Source: Eledone cirrhosa (lineage: Eukaryota). From it: a stretch of DNA of 64,000 bases. The stretch's first letter is position 1; every line of letters starts with the position of its first letter. Position numbers and translations under genes: made by a program. The stretch covers positions 125,302,001 to 125,366,000 of the forward strand of contig OZ024742.1 of assembly GCA_964016885.1 (NCBI GenBank). The letters are read 5' to 3'. Positions 56,530 through 64,000 of the stretch are shown here, one piece after another. The notes beneath the pieces are model-generated. The model was given only the letters and a program-made list of their open reading frames with translations, had not been told where the DNA came from and ran no database searches.

Positions 56530-58270
56530 TGTGGGTTGGTAGAGTTGCAAGAAGATTAAAAGAGTCGTTTGAGATATTAGTTCAGTCTCTCAAGCTATAA
56601 GTTCAAACCCCGCCGACGTAACCTTTCCCCTTCACCATTTCGTACAGGAGTAGATACGCTCTCTATTTAGCTCTTTCGATTTGCTCTCCTCTGTGGAAAG
56701 ATTTCACTACTGAAAGGAGAACGCACTTCTCAGTTATGTAAAGTAGTATTTATGAGATGCATTGATGTAGGTTTTATATTTTGAAAGAACTCTTCATTTG
56801 ATAGTTTAGTTACATTTGGTGGAACGATTACCGAGCAAATGGAAAAATGTATTATAGCCAATAAAGTAATCTGAAATTGGTATGAAGCCATACGCAATGT
56901 GTATGTAATGTAAGATAGTATTGTTGTTTTATAACAAGATAACTAGTCTATCGATATGGAGCTCACTAACCGTTTCTGGATTATTAAGATCAACGAAGAT
57001 CAGATTTTTTGTTGTTATTATCGTATTTGCCACGCAGAAGATAAAAGGAACAGAAGGAAAACATGGAAAATAAATAGAAAATAGTAATTGAAAAAAATAG
57101 GAAATATTAATAGAAAAATAGAAAAAATAATGTAGCACCCACTGTTACCGCTCATTGGCAGCAACAAAAACTACAATCACAACAACGCTAGCAACAGCAT
57201 CAATTACAACAACAACAATAACACCAACTGCGGCAGCAACGACGAAAGCACGTGCTTTAATGTTAGCTGTGAGTCGCATAGCTGTCACATAGGGTTGGTT
57301 GTAGGATGGTGACATCAACAGAAATAACAAGGCAAGTAAAACAAGACATGAATAGGCCACGTCATCGTCTTTCACTTGGTTATTGTTGTTGTTTGTTTGT
57401 GTATGCATGTGTATGTATGTCATCCGAAGATAACATACATACACATGCTGATTCACACAGGAACACACACATACAATTCTTTCCAAACTTACACATAGGA
57501 TTTCACAGCAATGCCACCATCTATCTGTGTTCAATCGATTGATTGAATCTATCGACAAGGGCCAAGATCTCATTCACGTACTGAGTGGGGTAGAAGTCGT
57601 CAAATCAGACCAAGGAAACAATGTTTATATGGATCTTTCCATTGCTGATACTATCTACCGGTCGCAAATCCTGGCAGAATATTTGTATTAATAGATGAAT
57701 AATATAACAACTCAATGAGACAAAAGAAATATATTTTACAAAATAAAGAAATCGAATCAAAATAAAGACATCGAGTGATATGAATTAAAACTTTTATTTT
57801 TAATTGCAATAAATGTAAAAGCCTCACAATGTTCACAGAATTGTTTATATAATCAAGAAGTTGGAATGTTATATTTAAGTAACTTACTTTCTTATTATTA
57901 CGCTAGTGTTGAGTGCAAATCCCATTGAGGATAGCTGAGACTTTCATCCTTACGGGGTCGATAAAACAAAGAACCAGCAACGCATTGGTGTCGAGTTATT
58001 CGACCCCCCCCCCCCCCCCAGAAATCAGAAATGATTATTACACGAGTGTTTGGAACTCAAAATTTCGTTGATGAACAATTTTATATTGTTGAAACAGGGT
58101 TGTTTCAGATTGTTTGGTTCTAAAAGGTTTCACTTGTATATTACACATGGTTTTAGGGTGCGGTGACATTTGGTTACAGAAGATAATGTATTCTGCTGAA
58201 AGATTTTATTGTAGTTAGTCAACTAGGAGAGGATGTCAAACAATGATGACACACATATTTATATATATAA

Positions 58271-58301
<31 letters not shown>

Positions 58302-58455
58302 CAGCCTTTGTGTATACATGTTTGGGGTCACCCTGCATATAATTTATATATATATATACATGATGTCCCCAAAAATGTATATACAAAGGATATCCATTCT
58401 AATAAGTATTGCCTGTACAGGTAAGCAAAGTGCGTATACATCTTTTAGGAACCTC

Positions 58456-58600
<145 letters not shown>

Positions 58601-58639
58601 TATGTTGATAATGTGTATTGCTTAGAAATCTAACTGTTC

Positions 58640-58850
58640 AGTTAGCATCGTTATGTCCTTGAGCAAAACTCTTTATTACACGTTGCTCCGGTTTGCTAAG
58701 CTTATGAAAATGGCTTGTATCTGTAACTTAAATGACGAAACACGTCACACGTTGTCTCAAGCTGAATGTCCCTGATAACGACGTTACTGGTAATGGTGTC
58801 TGTGTATTGCTCAGCCACTCGCATATTCATTACATGAGCAGGCTCTTCTT
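58640..58850 (+). mobile_element. CORE-like SINE, 5'-truncated
   Basis: TATGTCCTTGAGCAAAACTCTTTATTACACGTTGCTCC. Confidence 0.65.
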
Positions 58851-58970
58851 TTGATCAACACAACTGAAACACTCTTTGTCAGACCGGTAGTGTCCCAACA
58901 CAAACACACACGCTTTCTCTCTCTCCCTCGAGCACACACACACACACACACGCTTTCTCTCTCTCCCTCG

Positions 58971-59043
<73 letters not shown>

Positions 59044-59049
59044 ACAGAT

Positions 59050-60795
59050 CAGACATAGCTTCACGAACCGGTACAACTTCCGTAAACGCTCAAAACGGAG
59101 CAAATTCTCTCGGACTGAACTCACCGCTCTATCCAAGGTCGCAACCACATGGTCATGAAACCGGTGGACAAGGGTGACGCCGTGGTGGTCTAACGCGGAG
59201 ACTCAACGATAGCTTTGTAATCCTCTCTTCTACAGTCCCCTCCTTTCCGATCCCACCCATCAATACCAGCAACAAGTATCCTCCACCGTGCAACTCGTCC
59301 CCTCCTCCCTCCTACCCCATTGCCACCAACCTCATCGTCCGCACACCATGCAACCCCACCATATATTTCCTCCCCAAAATCAACAAACGCAATACACCTG
59401 GCCGCCGCACCGTCTTCGGTTGCGACTACCCAACCGTATTCATATCCGCCTATCTCGACTCCATCCTCGCACACTGAGTAGTATCCCTCCCCTCCCACAT
59501 ATCCGACAGGAAAAACGCCCTCCACCGCTTTAATTCCTTCATCTTTCGACTTGGCACACCTCCTCCTTTTAACCTTCGACATCAAATTCCTCTACATGGT
59601 CAACCTAGAAGCCAATGGCCTACGTGCCTTAATATTTCCGTGACCTTCGCCCTTCCATTCTACCCCCAACATCCACCTTCATCCTCCTCACCGAGCTGGT
59701 CCTCACCCTCAAATGCTTTTCATTCTTGGGTCAGTCCTACCAGCAGGTAATCATGGTGGCCATGGGCAGACGCATGGGCCACAACTACGCCAAACTAGTT
59801 GTCTGCTACGTTGAGGCCAACACCCTGAGCCCACCGCCCACCACTACTGACTCATGTCTACCTATACACACTCCACCACTATACCAACCATATACACATA
59901 CCCAACACCACAAACTACCTACAGCCTCGGCCACCACTACTTTCACCCCTGTATCACCATAAACACGCACACATACACAGACGTACACTCACATACATAG
60001 AAACAATAGCAAAAAGTCACATACGCACACGCACACCAACAAACGTCCCAACTGTCCAACAACATACCCACACATAATCAGTTTATCAGTCAGAGCCATA
60101 TGACCCTCTTTTACCCCAGCAACAGCACTATCCCACCATCCACCACCACCCCATCGACCATCCACCCACGCTCCCTATCACCTATATAGACATAGCAAAC
60201 ACTCGAAGCTACTAACAACCTCTACTGTCATTTTCTACCACATACCTCCAATACACACACGCTTCCACCTTAGTTCCCTCCAAAATCACCTCTGTTCTGC
60301 GTTTACTACACACACACACACACAAACGTACACACAATCATAGAAACAATAGATAAAAAGACGACCACAGATACACAGATATGAAAATATACACACACAC
60401 ACGCACGCACACACCAACAATATAAAACTCTGAGACACCTACATTTTCTCACATACAGACTGAAACAACGCACATCTACCAGTTTCACCCCTTCGGCACA
60501 CACACACAACCACACCCATCACACACATGGACCCTCTAATTTAGGCGCCCACTCCCCAATGCCGGACCTCTTTCCTACCACCTACAACTTATCAATCTTC
60601 TCTTCCTAACACCCTTTTCCTAACTTCTTTTCTTAAGTTACATACTCTATTTTCATTTACCTACGAGTTCTCTCCTTATCCGCACTATCATGATGAAAGT
60701 CTTCCGTCCGAAACGTAACACACTCCTCCAATTTACTTAAGCGCGAACCTAATATGACTTCGTCTTTTTGTATCCACGTGTTTGTTTTGTTTCAT
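59050..60795 (+). mobile_element. Neptune-like PLE, RT N-half then internal deletion into the 3' tail
   Basis: MKPVDKGDAVVV, LPKINKRNTPGR, TFDIKFLY, YQQVIMVAMGRRMGHNYA; degenerate hammerhead ATGATGA..GAAACGTA at 60689-60717. Confidence 0.85.
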
Positions 60796-61070
60796 ATATA
60801 TGTGTGTGTGTATGTGTGTGTGTGCGCGCGTGTGTGTATGTGTATGCATGTATGTACGTACGTGTGTGTGTTTGAAAGTAGATAGAACGATTAACAAATA
60901 TATAATGGGGAGAGATAGAGCACTATAAATGTTTATAATTTCTTTTTTAAGTTGCTTTTTCCATACACTCTAACATTTTACTTTGTTGAATATTAAATAA
61001 CCTACATTTCACTGTATAAATCCTAAAATGTGAATGCTTTATCAGTTGAATAAATCATTTAAGCGTGTGG

Positions 61071-61074
<4 letters not shown>

Positions 61075-61108
<34 letters not shown>

Positions 61109-61121
61109 GGGGGGGTGTATA

Positions 61122-61183
<62 letters not shown>

Positions 61184-61377
61184 TTTATATATAATATATA
61201 TATATGTATATATATGTGCGTATGTGTATGTGAGGGGGTGTATATATATATATATACATTTATATGTATATATTTATATCAATATAAATATATATACATA
61301 TATACATATATATATATTTATATATATATAATATATATATATATATACATATATACATGTATATATATTCATATATA

Positions 61378-61428
<51 letters not shown>

Positions 61429-61470
61429 TATATATATATGAATATATATATATATGTATATATATATATG

Positions 61471-61511
<41 letters not shown>

Positions 61512-61915
61512 GAATATATATATATATGAATATATATATATGTATAATGTATAATGAAATAAATATGGTTTTATAAATATAGTTTCCATTTGTTTAATGT
61601 CGTATATCTACTCCAAAAACTTGTCGAGTGCTTTATATCAGTTATAAAATATTTACTTGTTGTAACCCAACAATTTTAAATAAAACTTTTGCATATATAT
61701 GTATATATATATGTATATATATATATGTATATATATATGTATATATATATATATATATACTATATGAATATATATATATGTATATATATATATGTATATA
61801 TATATATGTATATATATATGTATATATATGTATATATATATATATATGTATATATGTATATATATGTATATATATATGTATATATATATGTATATATATA
61901 TGTATATATATATAT
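61075..61915. repeat. Long degenerate (TA)n/(TATATATATG)n array
   Basis: Direct reading. Confidence 0.9.
61545..61690 (+). mobile_element. Solo extreme 3' end of the 6.8-12.5 kb PLE family
   Basis: Matches 12490-12534 and the reverse complement of 6845-6980. Confidence 0.8.
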
Positions 61916-61919
61916 TTAG

Positions 61920-62200
61920 TCCTGCAGGATGTCCAAAGTCACCCTCCTCACCAAGAAACCTTGGTGGGGTTGCCAGTTTAGTCGCCAACGACCCGACCAT
62001 GGGACAGGTTGTACTGGGATACATGTTACCAGTAGCACCAACTGGTGACCTGACACAACAAAACCTGTCAAAGGGCAAAGGAGCTCTTTAGAGTCAATGG
62101 CCATCCAAAATCACTGGGAGAGATGACCCCTTAGCCTTTGTCAAGGCAGAATTCTAGGAGAAGGAAAACTCTGATATAACACCTGCAACCCTGATGGTAT
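61920..62200 (+). mobile_element. Possible RTE LINE 5' UTR fragment
   Basis: CTAGGAGAAGGAAAACTCTGA motif reminiscent of RTE 5' ends; no protein support. Confidence 0.3.
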
Positions 62201-62632
62201 CCAATGATGTTGACTTGTTCTTCTTTTTGGTAAATATTATCTTGGTTAAGAGAGTGGGACTGGCTTTGTGCAGTGCCTTTGCTCACTATAAAAGCTTCAC
62301 GGCACAGGCATTGCTTTATATCTGGTGATCTCTGATCTCTCTGCACTTGTCGTCACATGGTACCATGGGCCCAGCACTATGTGTCAATAATTGTCACAGG
62401 TGTAGTGTTTGTACCAGAGTTTTCAAGTCGCTGGCTGGACTAAAAAGTCACACTCGTTCAGCGCATTGGTAGGGGTTCTCCTACATGGATATAAAGTAGT
62501 GGCCGTACTCGAAAACGAGTTGGCAGCCACCATATATATATATATATGTATATATATGTATATATATGTATATATATATATGTATATATATATGTATGTA
62601 TATATGTATATATATATATGTATATATATATG

Positions 62633-62677
<45 letters not shown>

Positions 62678-64000
62678 GTGTATGTATATATATATATATT
62701 TATATATATATATATATATATATTAGATATTTGTTAGAATCATATGTTGTAATATTATAAATATATTCTATTAATAGATTCCATCTCGTGTTAACAATTT
62801 TTTTTTTTTTTTTTCTAGATTTTAAATCAATCGTCTGCGTTCTTTTTTAATATTTATTTTTATATAGTATTTTGGATTGTAATGTGTTTCAGCCATACAT
62901 ATATACATAAATACTCTAACGGCAAAGTAGAGATCATAAAATTTTATTTGGAAGAATAAGTAAATGAAATAGGAAAGATATCCACAGAAAACACATTGAA
63001 GCGAGTGGTTCAATATTAAAACTTTGAAAATCAGCAAGTAGAACGGGGAAAAAAATGCGTGTAAAAAGGGACAAAAACAAAGTAACTAAAAATAGAGAAA
63101 GTGAAATGTTTAACACTGCCAAAAGTTGTGAGAAAAATATACTAGTTTTGCTAGTCAGACACAATTTCCGAAAACCACATGTATCATTAACTGTTCAATA
63201 AAAATCCGAAACAGTCAGGTTTAAGTCATATGTTGAATGTGTAAAATGTCATTTGGAACCATAACAATAAATATTTATTGAAACGAAAATGACGGAAAGT
63301 ATAAACCTTAATTTCCACTTTAAACTATTCGTAAATATAAATAGATCCTCTGTCAATTTCGACGATGAATCTTTTATGTTGCTCCATTGACGGAAAAGCT
63401 ACGCATTGAATTATATTGTAAGTGGTTGCCCCTACCAAACACACACATATTCCTTTAATCATCTAATAGAATTCGTATGACAGGGCTATTTGAATTGCAA
63501 GCACATGCCATCTGACACCATCATTCTCACGCTACCCATGACCTACTTTTACTCACATGACAACTCGATTTTAGGCTGTGATAGAAGAAGTTTTCACATG
63601 ATGCGAAATTGAAGATTAGTTTTCTTCGCTTCACCTGGTGAGAGTTCAATTTAACATATTGTCAGAAAATGTAGACTAATATAATTGCCGTATTCCTTTG
63701 CGTTCTTCAATAATATGATACGATTTGCCTTGCTAGAAGATACGGTAAATTACAGATAGTTATTCAATATCAAAAAAGAACTTTTTTTATGCACATTGTA
63801 TGCCTTCTACACTGAGTATCAGGGCGAGCGATATACCGTATGACTATAAGATGGTTTTGCTTCAGGAAACGGTCATATGTGAAGTGGATTTTAGATACTG
63901 AGTATTCACAGCAAGGAAAAGTTCGATACGAATGAAACCCTTTATCAGATTTGATGTTTTGGTAACTTTGTAGTATTTGAGAATTTGAAAGAAAATTATG

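Overview
AT-rich eukaryotic DNA, saturated with (TA)n/(CA)n microsatellites, with no recognisable intact host gene. The repeat repertoire suggests an octopus or other coleoid cephalopod genome (inference). Contents: at least 8 decayed Penelope-like retroelement (PLE) copies with RT and/or C-terminal GIY-YIG, an internally deleted Helitron with an intact 3' hairpin-CTAG end, a hAT/Charlie relic, RTE LINE scraps and about 20 tRNA-derived SINEs. The most striking structure is a series of at least 11 fold-back (inverted repeat) units, most traceable to PLE 3' ends, with arms from about 20 bp to about 1.7 kb, usually abutting (TA)n tracts. Many carry hammerhead ribozyme motifs, and in the shortest ones the palindrome axis sits exactly on hammerhead helix II, suggesting snap-back cDNA synthesis. 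All alignments, folds and extra translations were done by eye, so boundaries are approximate.
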